A stretch of DNA of 61,161 nt, the filler included, from Platydemus manokwari (lineage: Eukaryota): assembly GCA_037951405.1 (NCBI GenBank). It is 5 parts of 5 records of this genome, joined end to end, with 100 filler letters (N's around TTAATTAATTAA, not from the genome) between each part and the next. Parts side by side here need not be neighbours in the genome. Positions count along the whole stretch, not along the records: positions 38,687 to 47,511 come from JBBMOY011343426.1; positions 47,612 to 61,161 come from JBBMOY011693622.1; 3 more parts are not named here. One strand, 5' to 3'. This document shows positions 38,945-53,639 of the stretch, in pieces (position 1 is the first letter of the stretch; every line of letters begins with the position of its first letter). The notes beneath the pieces were generated by a model. That model saw only the letters and a list, made by a program, of their open reading frames with translations. It was not told the DNA's origin and ran no database searches. Position numbers and translations under genes: made by a program.

Positions 38945-41900
38945 ATGTATATTCTTCATCTGAATCATCCAAAGCTGGTTTGACTTGATTTCCCTGAGTT
39001 TCCATATAAGTCCCACAGTTTGGGGAGCCGTCACATTCTAATTGACGGCTTATACAATGTTTTGTTTTCAAACATTCGAATCCAGGACAAGATCCTGAAA
39101 AAATATTGATAAAATTCCACCAATATGAACAATATAATAATAACATAATAATAATATAATAATGACAATAATAATAATATAATAATAATAATAACAACAT
39201 TAATAATAATAGTTACATTAATAATAGTATTAATAATAATGATAATAATAATAATAACAATAACAACATTAATAATAGTTGTAGCATTAATAATGATAAT
39301 AATGATAATAATAATAGTAGCATTAATAATAATAATAATAATATTAATAATAATAACAACATTAATAATAACAGTTACATTAATAATAATAATAATGTAT
39401 ATATTCTTTTATCTGTCGAAATTATTTGAAAAATAGAAATGTTTGAGAAGGTTCAGTTGTAACCTTAGCAGCAATAAGCAAGCCACATATTAGCCGAATA
39501 CGTGACGATGTATTGAAAACCATTGGCAGAATTAGATGTCTAGCAAGTTGAGCAATTCTTAACATCATCATATATAATTTCCCCCATATAAAATGAAACA
39601 TCTATTTTAATAGGATTCAAGTATTTATTAAAATATTAATTTCTAAAAGACAATTTTGATCTCAACGAAAATTAATATCTGCAACATATAAATGATAGAT
39701 CTAATTTATTTTAGGAATATTATATATATATTTATATAATTGATCAAAACAACAAATGATAACGATTGGCATTCAATCATAACCAACACAACAAATAAAA
39801 CAGAGGAGTCTAGCTATCCCCCACTGAGCAACCTTGCTCATATTCAACAAAATAAACTATTCCATCTCCAGTGGAGATAAGCATCTCAGACAATTATCAC
39901 AGAGATTTCTTTTAGGGAAAAAAAACATTGGTAAATTACGTCAAGCGATACACACAACACAAATCTTTTCCTAATAATTATTTTGATATATTTTCTCTAT
40001 TAACAGTCGATCGTGACCAATATTGACGAAAACCTGTCGAGTTGGACGACGTGGATTTATTTCTATTTTTTTTTCAAAATTATTATAATTATGAAGAAGA
40101 AAATGTGTGTGTTTCGATTCCACATAGAATGGCAAATGGGAGGAGATGGTGTGATGGTATTTTTTAATAACTATCCATCATTAATTCTTGTAATTTATTG
40201 ATGGAAAAATAATATTTTTTGTTACTTTTATTTAATACAGACTTGTATGAGCCCGTGTTAATGTTCAAAACAAAAATCCATTGAAATATTCTTTTCTATG
40301 ATATTTACTTTATTTTCCTAAGATCCGATTGGATAATATTACTAATATATGATAATGAAAAGCAGGAAGGATCGACAGTTAAATTTGAGAAATAATTCTT
40401 TCAAATCTTTGTAAAAAATATGCTTTTGGAAAGGTCTTCCCATCATTTATGATTCGATCTATCTGACAGAATAAAGTTAGACCTTTGTTGATTCTGCTGA
40501 TGTAATTTTTATCGTATCCGATAAATTCTATCCGTAAATAACAATAAAAGGTTGCCATAGAAATTCATTCAAGTACATCGATAATAAGCCTATGGTCAAC
40601 AACAAAAATAATAAAAATTTATTCCTCTTCATTTGTAATTTCCTCTACACATGAAGAACATCAATTATCAATTAGGTTGGAAGGAACATGAATGGTCTAT
40701 CAATGGAAACCAAATCGTTGAGTAGAATACTGTTTGAAAATCAACCCCAAAATAGCGAAACAATTTATCAGATTGTCTCAGAATCACTATCACCCATTAG
40801 CGAATGAAATACTAATCGATACCGAGATGAGAAAATCAGATCAGAAAATGTAATTCGAGCCAATGATTGTGTAATAACTGGTAGTTATCCCTTTGATATG
40901 CTAACCACAACTTCAATTTATCAGAATTTTCCAGAAGAAATTCTGATAATTTCGTACATTGCTCCAGACAGTTACAATCAATGTAGGGGGCATGAGATAA
41001 AAATTTTTTGTTGTTTTTTGTCGAATCGATTTATCATAAAATGAATTGGTGGTTCTGACAGTTTCGTCTGTGATTAATCGATCCGTTTCGATAACTGCTG
41101 TAGTTATTGATGGATATGAATTATCATTGGAGATTTATCAATACGATTAATACACATTTCGTTCCACGACAGAAAATCCCAACCCGTTTCCCACCCCAAC
41201 CAGTCGACCTTTGACTGTTTTGCATAATCGATGAAGAACGAGAGCAAATTTTCAAAAACACGGCAAAACCAAACTGATTTCCAATAAACCCCGATAAATG
41301 ATTACAGCATTCCATTATATAGGATGAATCTCCAATACCATAAATTCCATCAATAAGTCCAAACCTCGGGGCTGAAAAGCAGGAAATTCAAACACACACA
41401 TGCACATAGATCCTCCTATATTCTGTATAAATCCTCAAAGAAGATTTGAAAATGAAAAAAAAACTCTCCCTTGGGAATAATGTGGCAAGAGAAATAAATA
41501 GTTTTTTGTTTCATTTTTTACGTTTAATCGAATCCAGTGAATAGCTGGAAGAAATCGGCTAGACTAAAAACATGTGATAAGAAATGATTAAAAATCGACT
41601 CACCATCTGGTAACCGTTGGAGAATCTCTGACCATATTAATTTAAATCCCTTCTGTCCATGAGCCTTCGGACTTGTGATGAATCTGAAATATAGATTAGA
41701 AGATGAATGGATTTTCGCGATATTTGTCGATAGACTTGTTTTCATTTGTCTCATGGTGATGGCAGATATTCAATTACGAGAAATATAATGAAAGAAATAT
41801 AAATTTCGCAGATATTTAATTAAAATAAAATGATTGGATGTCCTATCGGTTTGTGATGAGCTGATAATGGGCTGATCTGCAATCTATCACAATTATAAAA

Positions 41901-44900
41901 TTTATAATAATAACAAATATCATGAATTCAATGACAGTAGGGCCATGTGGACGACCTTATAATGAAATGATTGATATTCCTAAGCAAAAGAAGACGATTA
42001 ATATTGGTGAAGACTTATTATGAATAATTAAATAAGTGGATAACCCGAATCTATAACGAAATATTTAAATTATCCAATTTTCAGTAATTATCAGTCATTA
42101 TGTACATGCAGTTAACAAAATGCACTTATTTGATTTTGCAAGTCTCTGATTTTAACCAAAACTAACTTCGTTCTGAAACTTGATCAACAATCTCAAAACC
42201 AGAACATGGAACGTGTTCCAGTTTTAGGAGTCAAAGTGTATTCCAATATTAAAAATAATGCTCTTATTTAATCAAATTTTATAGCGTAATAATCTGGCAA
42301 AACTAAATTTGAAAATAATATTTAAATCGATTTTCAATATACGAGTTACAATTTTCTTCAAAATTAAAAGATAGGATAGAAATATAAGTATTGGAATTTC
42401 TAGCCTTGATTTGTGTTTGGAAAGTTGACTGAGATCACTTTCAAAATAAATGGTTTGACTAAATATAGAGACAATGAAGGCCCTTAAGATTTACTGACTC
42501 ATCTATTGACAATACACTTATATACGATTTCATTCATTGATGTTTATTTGTTCTCTCGACATTCCAATCAATACACAATCAATATAACTCATTACATGAT
42601 AAATGGGTATCTATTATAATAATATTTTGACTTAAAATCAATAAACCATTCACAGTATCCATGCTGATAATTATAAGGATGAATAAATAATATAATATAT
42701 AATGAATGAAATAATTATTTAATCGATAGTTATTGCAGAAAGTAATAAAAATACTGAATATATGAAAATATAAGTCATCAGAATTGAAATATGTAATTAC
42801 CCGCCCACAAACATTATCGTTTGTAGCTAAATATTTATTGCATCTTTTCCCAGATATTGATGAGAAATTTATTGAAGCCATTGATAATTTTTGAATGGGA
42901 TCCAATAAAATATTTTGTATATATATAAACGATATTTTAACATTCATCTCACCAGAGAAAGGAATAATTGTTCTCACATTAACAAGAATTTTAAATGTTT
43001 TAGTTTTTTATACCAACTCATGAATTTTGTAAGAATAATAATAATGATAATAATAAAATTATTTTTATTATTATTAATAGTAGACAGTGTATATTGATGA
43101 GAAGAAATGAATTACTGTCTTAATAACCAGGAGTTCAATTATCCCACTCTCATATATACAGTGCTTCTCAAACAATTATTAGCACATACAGAAATGATAA
43201 TACAACATGTTAGAAAGTAAATCATTATAGAGAATCGATAGATGTAACATATCCAATGTGTGAATGTTTACTAGTAATAGAAAACGGCAAATCCATCTAA
43301 TAAAACACTGCAAAACTATGGTCACATACCATTGACAATGTTGGATGTCAAATACAATTATTCAGTCCGATAAAAACGGCTAACTAGTTCTTACACTTGA
43401 TAAATTCAACGAACGCCATTTATCGGAACAATAGACATCACATTGACATTCGCTATTCAACATATGACAGATATAGGAATATGAAATTAAACAATTTCCA
43501 CCGGTTTTTCAATGAACGCTTCCTCTCGACATAATATATCGATTCGATATCGATATTACAGACGATATTTCCTGGACGAATCAATCCATATAATGACTAT
43601 ATTTAATTTAATTATCATATTGCTTTATCCATTCGTTCTCCAATATTATCGTCTGATGCAACAACGCAACTTACCAATGGTTGGCTACACAATGAACCCA
43701 CAATTAATTGTTATCAAAGATGGCCGAGAAACGATTCCGTTTCATGCCATTGCACATACACACACTCTCTCTCTCACACACACTCACTGATATAAACATC
43801 GGATATATGAAAACGATGCCTTGGTTATGAGAGTGGGGAAAATTAATTATTAAAATCGTTGTTTACGTTTTTTTAACGGTAGACAACAATCACCCCTTGA
43901 CCGCTGCCTTTCGAGAATTAATTATTTATGGATCTAAAAACCAATTCAACTGAATCGACATTTAATGATTGTCTCTTATTTTAGGGTTTCAAATTTTACT
44001 GACGTAGTTTTCAAACCAAACTGACACACCTATTAAGCCGACATAAAAAATATTTTAATGACGGACTTAACAATGTCGATGTGGAATATTGGGTAATTTA
44101 TTATGGATTCTATTTCGATATTTTACTTTTGTTTTAATCAGACTATTTGAGTGATTATATTTTAAATATTAAGCTAGATCATATCAATAACTTAATAATT
44201 ATTTTGTAATTTATCGTTTCAAAACAGAATAAGAGTCAGAATCAATAAATACGACAAATATTGTGATGCTGGGGTAGTTGAAGAGGTTGAGGGTAGATGG
44301 GGATATTATTTTATCATATTACTTCTTTTAATGTTTTGGTTCTTTCACAATTGAGAGAACTATTCTTGGTTTTGTAGCTACAAACGATCATGTGAGATTC
44401 CTTATTTAATGTTGTATGATATTCAACATTTACTATATTGTATAAAACAGTGATTTAATATTTAGGAGCTCCCATCTCCCTCGATGGAAATGAGTTGATA
44501 GAAATGGCTATAATAATCAGGTGAACTTATTCATTGTATATAAAACATTTGCTCAAGAAAATCTCAATACTCTCATCAAATATCGATTTTATTAATTCAC
44601 GGAATATCATCTAATATATATATATATATATTTCTTGTGCCAAACTATTTTCATCAATTTTTGCCGAATGAATTACTTGATTTTTCTTACATACTGTTGG
44701 GTCCAATAGAATGGAAGGTCGCACTTTTTATTTCACTGAATCGTACCAATCAGTACACACGTAAACAAATCTAAAATTCATCAAAATACGCCATAAATCA
44801 TTACACACAAACGTCGTAACACGTGGTTTCCAATTGGTAGTTCTTATCAAAATGAACTCTTTTGAAAATGTTTCTACACACATCATTAAATTAATTCATT

Positions 44901-45311
44901 TAAACAAATTGTTCTAGAATATTCTATTAATTCTTATTTTCCGTTGAAGTAAATTTCGTTTAGAATTTTCTAAGGATGCTTATGTATAATTTCTCTTAAT
45001 TTATTTTTTCAAGTTTATCTCTACAAAATCGACTATTCATATCTTTTACATTTTATACCGAATAGAGTTGTTCTTTAATCACCATTTTGTGACGATCTAT
45101 TTTAAATTATATTTCTTATGTTATAATTACCTGATATGGACTGTATTCGATGTAGATATGAATGACGGAATGGCGGAATCTGTTCCACACAGCTCAGACG
45201 ATGCTTGAAATGAATCACCATCGTATATTCGCAAAATACCATTTTCGCAACCTATTTACGGATTATTATAAAGGTTATTTTTATTATTATGATTATTGAT
45301 ATTATTATTAC

Positions 45312-45366
<55 letters not shown>

Positions 45367-45830
45367 GTTAATGAAGAGAAAATTTACTTTGTTGGGACCC
45401 TTCAGTAACAAAATCATAGAAATGTATCATAATTTTATTTCCTTTCTCTGAGGCCTTCACTGACCATTGACAGATAAGATTTTTTCGATATTCTTTTGGA
45501 TAACGGTGACTTGTAATGACTCCTCCTTTTCTTTGTGACGAAATATTAGCTCCGCAACTGTCTAGAAATGCAAAAAACAAATATCGACAACCGAAAAGAA
45601 AACAAAACTAAACAATTGGAAATTGTCTGGGGTGATAGAAAATCGTAAAATGCAAAGAATCCAGAAAGTGAGTGAGCGTTGTCTGAGAGAAATACCACAC
45701 TCAAACTTATCGAGTTCGGATCACTTATTATCGGGCCTGGAACAAAATTACCACAAAATAGATAAGTTTCTATTAATTCGTAAGCTGCATTCAGTCTTTT
45801 TGGCACTTTTTGTATTATTTTTACCAAATC
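38945..45830 (-). CDS. CUB-CUB-LDLa protein (Neto/SOL-2/LEV-10-like), internal exons only
   Basis: Phase-compatible exons 45830-45614 (DLVKI...FCG...ISLSVVFLSD...GFFAFYDF), 45561-45388 (SCGANI...GVITSHRYPKEY...CQWSV...HFYDF), 45251-45131 (CENGILRIYDG...LCG...STSNTVHI), 41683-41604 (RFIT...GFKLIWSE) and 39094-38945 (CPGFEC..TKHCISRQLECDGSPNCG...DDSDEE). Both gene ends are missing. Confidence 0.85.
39130..39396. repeat. Degenerate (AAT)n tract with higher-order subrepeats (acattaataata.., gtagcattaataat..)
   Basis: Directly visible; intronic, just upstream of the LDLa exon acceptor. Confidence 0.9.
45281..45366. repeat. (ATT)n microsatellite in a CUB-gene intron
   Basis: Directly visible. Confidence 0.95.
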
Positions 45831-47439
45831 CTAAAGAATATTATTGATGTTTAACTAATAAAATGTTAGATAATAATAATTCAGGGGTTCTTTCACCCAT
45901 TACACAATATATCAGTAACATATATTTCCTTCAAGTTTTATAAAGGTACATAATATAATAGAAATATTTACTATTCATTACAATCCTCATTTACCAGAAT
46001 ATATAATAACAATGGATGTGTAACGATTAAAACTAATATATCTTATTCCCAAAATCGTATATAACAATGCTTGCCAGGTAGACATTATGGACAGTGTGCG
46101 ATTTTCTATAAAAGTAATCGAATAGATCAGAATTATGTTATGAAATATTCTCATTTCACATTGGATCATATTTGGAACGCACACGAAAACATTTATTTAT
46201 TCGCGTCACAGTAGCATTTATTACCTTTGTAACAACCGCTATGAGATTATTCATTCCATCAACAAAGTTAGAGGTCTTGAAAATGTCATTTCCCATTCAA
46301 TCCATCATCAAACCAAATGAAAATGAGATCGGAAAAAATTTAGCAAGATATAAAATGAATAAAAATGTCAAATTTTTTTCAAAGTGATTTCGAAAATATG
46401 TTGAAATCGAATGAATAATTATCGATGATTTCACGGTTCATTAGTTATCGATGCATAGTGTCGCAGAAATATTTATGGATTTTAAATTACTTGATTGTTA
46501 ACAGAGATTTCAAAAATCCATTTCAAGAAAAATAGTAGCTTTGATTTAAAAAATTATTATGAATATTATAAATAATAATTTTATTATAATTTTAATGATG
46601 AAATTGCTATAATTATTATCATTTATCAACATAACAATACTCGTAAACTTATTGATATAATTCCGAAAAACAAATAAGTTGATCACTAAGCTCTTTTAAT
46701 TTTTATACTGCACAAACTTATTAATCAAAGTTAATTGATAGAAGTGGCGAGCAATTAAATAAATTCGCATATACAGGATGGGGATCTGGTCCTGGCCGTA
46801 CAATGAATATTATTATGGCATAAACAAAGCAGTGTTTGGAAATACTATTACGTACACTTAACATGTAAATCTACCTTTTTATCAATATTTGGGATTAATA
46901 TTCAAAATGATTACTTAATGAAATAACCCGTCATAATAGAATTTCATTATGATTTCGGATTGTCACTTTTTTGAAATATCTTTTATTCATTTTCTTCAAA
47001 AAATCCTCTCGATAATTTGTTTTACTTGTTCAGATCAGCAATCAGGCTATTTTGTCTGATCACGAAATTATTCGAAATGGCAAATCTTAATCGAATTGTC
47101 TTCGTATTTATACCGGTTTACTTGCAACGCTGTTCTGTAAAAAAATCAATGCTATTTTCCTAGGCTGGATTCACACCAATTTTTCTAAATTTGTGTTTTT
47201 CAATCCTCAAATCGGTCGAATTGCTTTCATAATACCTCGAGCAGGCTAAATTTCAATTTAACATAACTAAGTCGGTAATTTGGTGCTCATTTGTACTATT
47301 TTGTGACAATTTCTCAACGGTCAATACTGATGTCACTTCCATCACCAAACATAAGATCAATAACTTATTTTAATAGATTATTATTTAATTATATTTTCAA
47401 GTATTTTATTTATATTTGTTTACCTGTTCAATGGTATTA

Positions 47440-47440
<1 letters not shown>

Positions 47441-47511
<71 letters not shown>
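47441..47511. repeat. (AAT)n microsatellite at contig end
   Basis: Perfect taa repeats running into the spacer; a likely cause of the assembly break. Confidence 0.95.
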
Positions 47512-47611
47512 NNNNNNNNNNNNNNNNNNNNNNNNNNNNNNNNNNNNNNNNNNNNTTAATTAATTAANNNNNNNNNNNNNNNNNNNNNNNNNNNNNNNNN
47601 NNNNNNNNNNN
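47512..47611. other. Artificial contig-joining spacer
   Basis: N44-TTAATTAATTAA-N44. Confidence 0.98.
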
Positions 47612-50356
47612 ATTCATATAATGATCAGGAGTACACTGGATTTATTAAATAAATACTAAATATTAAATATTATATTTAATTATAATTTTAAAGATTGATA
47701 AGCGTTTAAAAATTAAATTTCTAACAAAAACAAGTCACTCTATACTTGTTAATAAATCGATAGGTGGGTATAAATTTATTAAGTTGATTGATTTGAATAT
47801 CCCACCTGCCCAAGCTTAGGAAGTAGAATTTCTAAAATCCGCTCTGAATCCGTCGTAGGTGGTCTTCTTTTTTGGAAATCTAATATCAAAATCGGTTGTA
47901 AGCCTAATTTTTGGCTCGAATTTTAATTTTATTGTAACTAATAGAAAAACAAGATTGTCTTTAAGTGGGCATGTAGGTGCTCTCAATTTATTTAAAAAGT
48001 TACCTTTTTAAAATTATATTTTTCTTTAAAAATCTCATTATTAATATTGATACATTTTTATGCTCCATCGTAAGTTAATTTTCAATCTTGATTTTCTAAT
48101 GAAAATGTTGAAACAAAAATTTCAAGATTATAAAGCTCTCATGAAACCTGAATCGCATATTGTGAAATATAAGAAAGGACTGTCTGAATTTTATAATTAT
48201 CATAAAATTTTTAATGATTTTAAAAATAATAACATTAATGATAATGATCATGACAATAATTGGAATGATATTAATGATTTTAAAATGACAATTGTTCATA
48301 AAATATAACATAAATAAAATATTATTCAAAAATATTGATCATGCGTCCCCCCAATGAATAATCACGATTAAATTATTTTCAAATCAATTATTAAAAATAA
48401 GAGAAAATCCAAATAATGTGAGAATGTTATTAAAGACTATCAGTGATTGCCTACAAAAATTATGTTGAAAGTCAAAAGTGAATGGCAAATGGAATAAGAT
48501 ATTTAAAACAAAATATTTCAAAAATTTTTATTTGTCTTAACATTTTGGAATGGATTCTGTAAGAAAATGTTGAAAAATTACGACTGTAAATGTTTTATTT
48601 TATTCATTATTAGATAATTTATATCCCATTGAAAAGAAAATAAGCAAATTTCAATAAATCGAATTGAAGCAACTTTGTCAGCAACTACTAAGGAAACAAA
48701 AATCTTAGAAAGAAACGATAGCATTAAATTAAGTATGTATCATATAAAGAGTCAATGAGGTGAAAGAATATTGTAGATTATTCCACATTTATATATTTTC
48801 CTAAGAAGAATATTATGAAATTATTATTGGGCTTAGCTATATATTTTTAGTTAGTTATGTCCATTAAACTCCCACCTAATTATCTAAGATAAAATGTGAT
48901 TTTTTATATCTCTACATTACTACTTCATCAATTAGCGCAATTTATTTATTCTAAATTACTTAGAATGGTACGTGTCAATCTTTTACTTTACGTATCGATG
49001 CGAAACTGATAACCCAATTTCTACTGTATATTACAAATCACACTAGTAGATTTATCTTTGCTTTATTCGCAGATTTATTCTGATAAATATATATTAGAAA
49101 ATATTCCCATGTTTCTCATTCTTTCCGTGCCATAATATAACGAATTTTATGACTTATTATTATGTTTTTAAAAACTGTTTTATTTTTTATTCAGTATTTC
49201 TGCTCTTTCTAACACACAATGTAGTATGTGTTAAAGCCATGAAATCACTAACAACTAATAGTTAATTTAAAAAATTCTATTTATCAAATAATTACTCCTT
49301 TTATTCTGGTAGATATTAAGTGGGTTGTAAACAAAGCCTTAATGTTCACGGAAAACATGACAATTATCTTCAAAGGATTGATACGCACATATTCGATAAG
49401 CTTACGTGCCAGTAGAAGATCAGATTTCTTCTATATATCGATCCATATTTAGAATTACCAACAAATGGCAACAAGCACTGGAACATCCAACGAGATTACG
49501 CATTATGTCTCTAAGAGGAGTTGGAAATAACATCTGTAAATTTCATTCTGAGTAACTCTGATGTGATTTCTCTGACAAGCAGTCTCGGTGGTTGTCTTCA
49601 CTTTTAAATTCTACTTTCGGTTGCTGGTCCCATCTTTAGTGACATATATTGTATCTTTATTGTGATTTCGAATTGTATTTCGTGTCTAGTTAAATTTGTA
49701 ACTCTTTGTGATTCAAAATATGATTTTCAAAATTCAGATTCAATCTTTTGTTTATACAGTAAATTAGATAACTTTGAAACTCTACAACTTGTTGAGTGAG
49801 ATGAAATTCTGCGAAAAGAAAAACGTATTTGAGCTTGGAACTCTACATAACCATACAGAAATAGGAATCAGCTAATTATAGTGAGGTTAGATAGTAAAGG
49901 ACAATTGGAAAAAAGGAGCATAGCTACAGAACAACACACACATACTAATTGATCACCACCCCACTCATGCAAAAACTTAAAAACCGAAAAAGAACTTGGA
50001 GAACCAAATATTAAATCAAAATATGATAAAACATGACACATAAAATTATACACAGATCACATATACAAAAATCGATGTAAAGATGACCAGATGTCAGTTG
50101 GAAGCCAAGTTTTGATTAATATTTTGTGAAGTATAGTTTAGGTTTACTGAATGGTACAGAAGGAAATATATTATTAGCCTTCTATTTTGATGTCAGAGTT
50201 TAATTAATTGTTGAAGACCCAACAAACTTTCCCAACATAAAGTTTTATGAAACGGAACCATATTAACCAAACAACATGCTAACAATGAAATTAAACTCTA
50301 AAACCATCAACACAAAATGACAGAAAATGAAAGCAGATCCAAGAAAAATACATTAC

Positions 50357-53300
50357 CGTAACAATCTCCGACAGTCAAACTTAATGTATCGAGACCAGGT
50401 GCCAACAAATTAAGATTCTCGTGAGTATCATTAATTCCAATCAACTTCACTAAACCTATCAACCCAAAAGCGTCAGAAACCATATCATTAGGGATGTTAG
50501 TTATATAATTATTTGGCCCTTGGATAATTTTTTTTTGAACGGGTTTACTTTGTTGTGAACTGTTATTAGATGACGATATGGATGAAGATACGGAAGAAGC
50601 TGGTTGTATATGAGTGGTGGACTGGTCTTGCATTTGCTGCAAATCATAGTAGCTGCTTTGGAATTTTTGTGATTCTAATGAATCCAAAAGACCACTGTTC
50701 CCATAACCCGATGGCCGTAAAATGGCTGCGCTACTTTGTGACTGAGAAGCAATTTCTGAGCCACTAAATGCCGCAGCACTAACACCAGCTGCTGATGATG
50801 AACGTTGTGTCTCCATAGTTGAAACTGGATTTTGGGCAACCGGAAGAGCAGGGAAATCTTCCTGTTGAATGGAAAACTCACTTGAATGCTCTCCTGGTGT
50901 GATACTTGGGCCTGTCTTCATAACCATTTGTTGATAATTAATTTGGCCAGGTTTATTGGACATGTTGTAATTATAATTTCCTGACATTTGCGACAATTGG
51001 GTGTTAAGTTTAGGTTTGTTCAGACATGGAAAATCAGCACTGTCAAAATTACCTATTGGAACATCCCACTGACCAACGATTGAGGCAGAATTAGAATCAA
51101 AATTATATGATCCAGATCGATTTTTGGAGGACATATTTTGGCCATTGAAAAGAGAAACATTAGGATTCATATTACCACCACTAATAGTCCTGTGTGGGGT
51201 TGGAGAGAGAAATGTATGATTTGGTAGTGAATTATCCATATATTGTGCTATTGAACCCATACGAGAACTAGAATTGAATCCCTGTTTTGATTGAGATGAT
51301 ATATCAATATTTGGAAGTGGATAAAGACCGGATTCCGTGATATTTCTTGAATACATGTTATAATTCATTGTATTATTAGCACTGGATAAGTTCATATTCG
51401 ATTGTAAATTTGATATATAACTTTTTTCATTTGACATAATATTTGATGATTGGAATCCCGTCTGCTGGCGGTTAAATTGATACATATTTTGTGGTAATAC
51501 TCCGTTTTCTTCAGGTATCAACCTCTGATCAGAATATGGCTACAAGAAAAACAAATTATGACAAATAAAATATTTAAATTAATAACCTAATCTAACGATT
51601 ATTAAAACAAAATGATATTAATAGAATATTAATTTTACAAATCAATTCATATTTTTTCTTTATTGTCGAATTTTGATTGGAATAAATAAATAATAAAACA
51701 TTACTAGATACTATTTTATTATAATCAATAAAAAAAATATTTCATAATGTTAAATGTTTATAATAAAGTAATAACGCTTTATAAAATAGAAAAATTTCAA
51801 ATAACTCATTTTAATGAAAGATAATGTGTTGAATATTACTATATATCATACTAGTTAAAATATATGAATAATAAAATTATAAACAGTAATAAGATAGCAC
51901 ACATAGTAAGTGCTGATATATTTATAAATTATTTATTAAACATTAAAAATAAATTTTAAATATATTGATAAAGCGTTGGCTATGATATTTGACATGTCTT
52001 TGAATTTTCGAAAATATATATATATATATCTGTGACCACGCATTATATTAGCATTATAACGTTTATTTATATTTATTAATAGCAACTCTCAATGGATGAT
52101 TTTATAAAAATAAATAATGAATCTAATTTCGAAAATATCAAGTGCAACATATGATAGATATAATTGTAACAAGTGGCACTTACGCAGAAAATATTCACAT
52201 GTTATCGATTGGCAACGTTTCTTGCAATAGTAGATATTAATCTATGTATTCACAGACGCATATATTATTATAGAAACCCGTACCGATGTAAATCTCAATA
52301 ATTATCATTTCGATATAAATATTATTTAATTTGATAGATATAAATCATTGTCGCAGATATTTTTGACAGAATCAAAACTGTCTTTTAGATTAAAGCAAAA
52401 TAAAAATGTTGCAACAATTATTGATTGAATCATAATGAATATTTATCTGTGAGTATCCCAGTTGATCACATTCCATTAACTCGCTTATAAAATGTGAAAA
52501 TGAGGATTTTAATGGATAAATCTAATAGCAATGTTGGGAATTGGGCATGGGGTTTTGCAAAATATGTTTCAAGCTAACTCTTGATATTTACAAAAATAAT
52601 TGTCAAAAAACATATTTCTCTACACAAAATTGATTTCAAGAACATATTGGCGAGGATATGATTGGGATAAAGGGGAAATAAGCCTGTTTAGAATTACTGT
52701 AGTTTAATAGGGTGCCCATAAATAGGGATAAATTAATAAATATCCATTCAAATTGTATATGATTTAATAATGAAGTACTGTTCAGGTTGTTCCCATAGAT
52801 AATTACTTTTAGTTCAAATATTCGAGACATTGACATTGAGTTCAAGAAATGAATTTCTGTAATTAATAAATGTTGTCAAGGCAACCTGGTGGATCCCCCA
52901 ACATTTATTATGGCATAATTATTAATGATGGTAATAAAAACTTACAAAACCTATATTCAGTAAATAAATCATTGAGATATTCGTTATTGTATCACACAGA
53001 TCGAATCAATAACAATTAATGACAATGACTATTATTATTATATATAGAATGAAGGGATTCCATCTTAACAATGTATGCAAAACTATAATTTATGGCCTGA
53101 TGTGAGATAAATTTGGAAATATATTGGTTGGTGAGCATGAAATCAAGTTGAGGGAGAGTTTTCGGCAGCTAGAATCTCATATTTCATCGAAATATAATCG
53201 GTTAACTTGTTTGTATATAAGTATTCCTGTACAGATTACCAAAATTATTATTTTATTTGTAAAAAATCATTAAATCATCATAAAAATAAATTAACATTAT

Positions 53301-53639
53301 TTTCTAAATTTATGAATAATATTTTGTTAGATCTATTTGATAAAATTACTTCAATATTAACATAATTACCAAGATAACTTTAGGATCACAATGCAAGTGG
53401 TTTAAACTTACTCTTTTATCATAATATTTAGTTTGAATGCTTGAATGATTATCTATAGAACCAGATCTTCCCATACTAAATCTAAAAGAAATAGTAATGT
53501 TGAAAATGACACTTTAATTTATTATTCTAACTGTGAAGAATTCCACGGTGTAGATTGATCACTAGAAGGTACACTACTTCTAATAAATAATAAAAACCTT
53601 TACTAGTAAATAAATTAATTACTGTCCAATTCCAGCCAT
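50357..53639 (-). CDS. CNOT2: CCR4-NOT complex subunit 2 (Regena/NOT2), partial; C-terminal NOT box not located
   Basis: Exons 53639-53623, 53579-53532, 53481-53412 and 51539-50357 splice in frame (MAGIGQSSVPSSDQSTPWNSSQFSMGRSG...KYYDKR|PYSDQRLIPEE...). Motifs DFPCL, EFSIQQEDFPALP and TNIPNDMVSDAFGLIGLVKLI...LLAPGLD match the CNOT2 conserved blocks. Confidence 0.85.

Noticed and set aside
39239-39436. Poly-Ile ORF that looks like a membrane peptide
   Set aside because: Translation of an intronic (AAT)n tract.
46072-46082. ctacctggca on the minus strand, resembling the U1 snRNA 5' end
   Set aside because: Match is only about 9 nt; no downstream U1 stems or Sm site.
47800-47890. Possible minus-strand exon DFQKRRPPTTDSERILEILLPKLGQ, phase-compatible with the CNOT2 donor
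   Set aside because: No similarity to the NOT box and a weak acceptor; cannot be supported.
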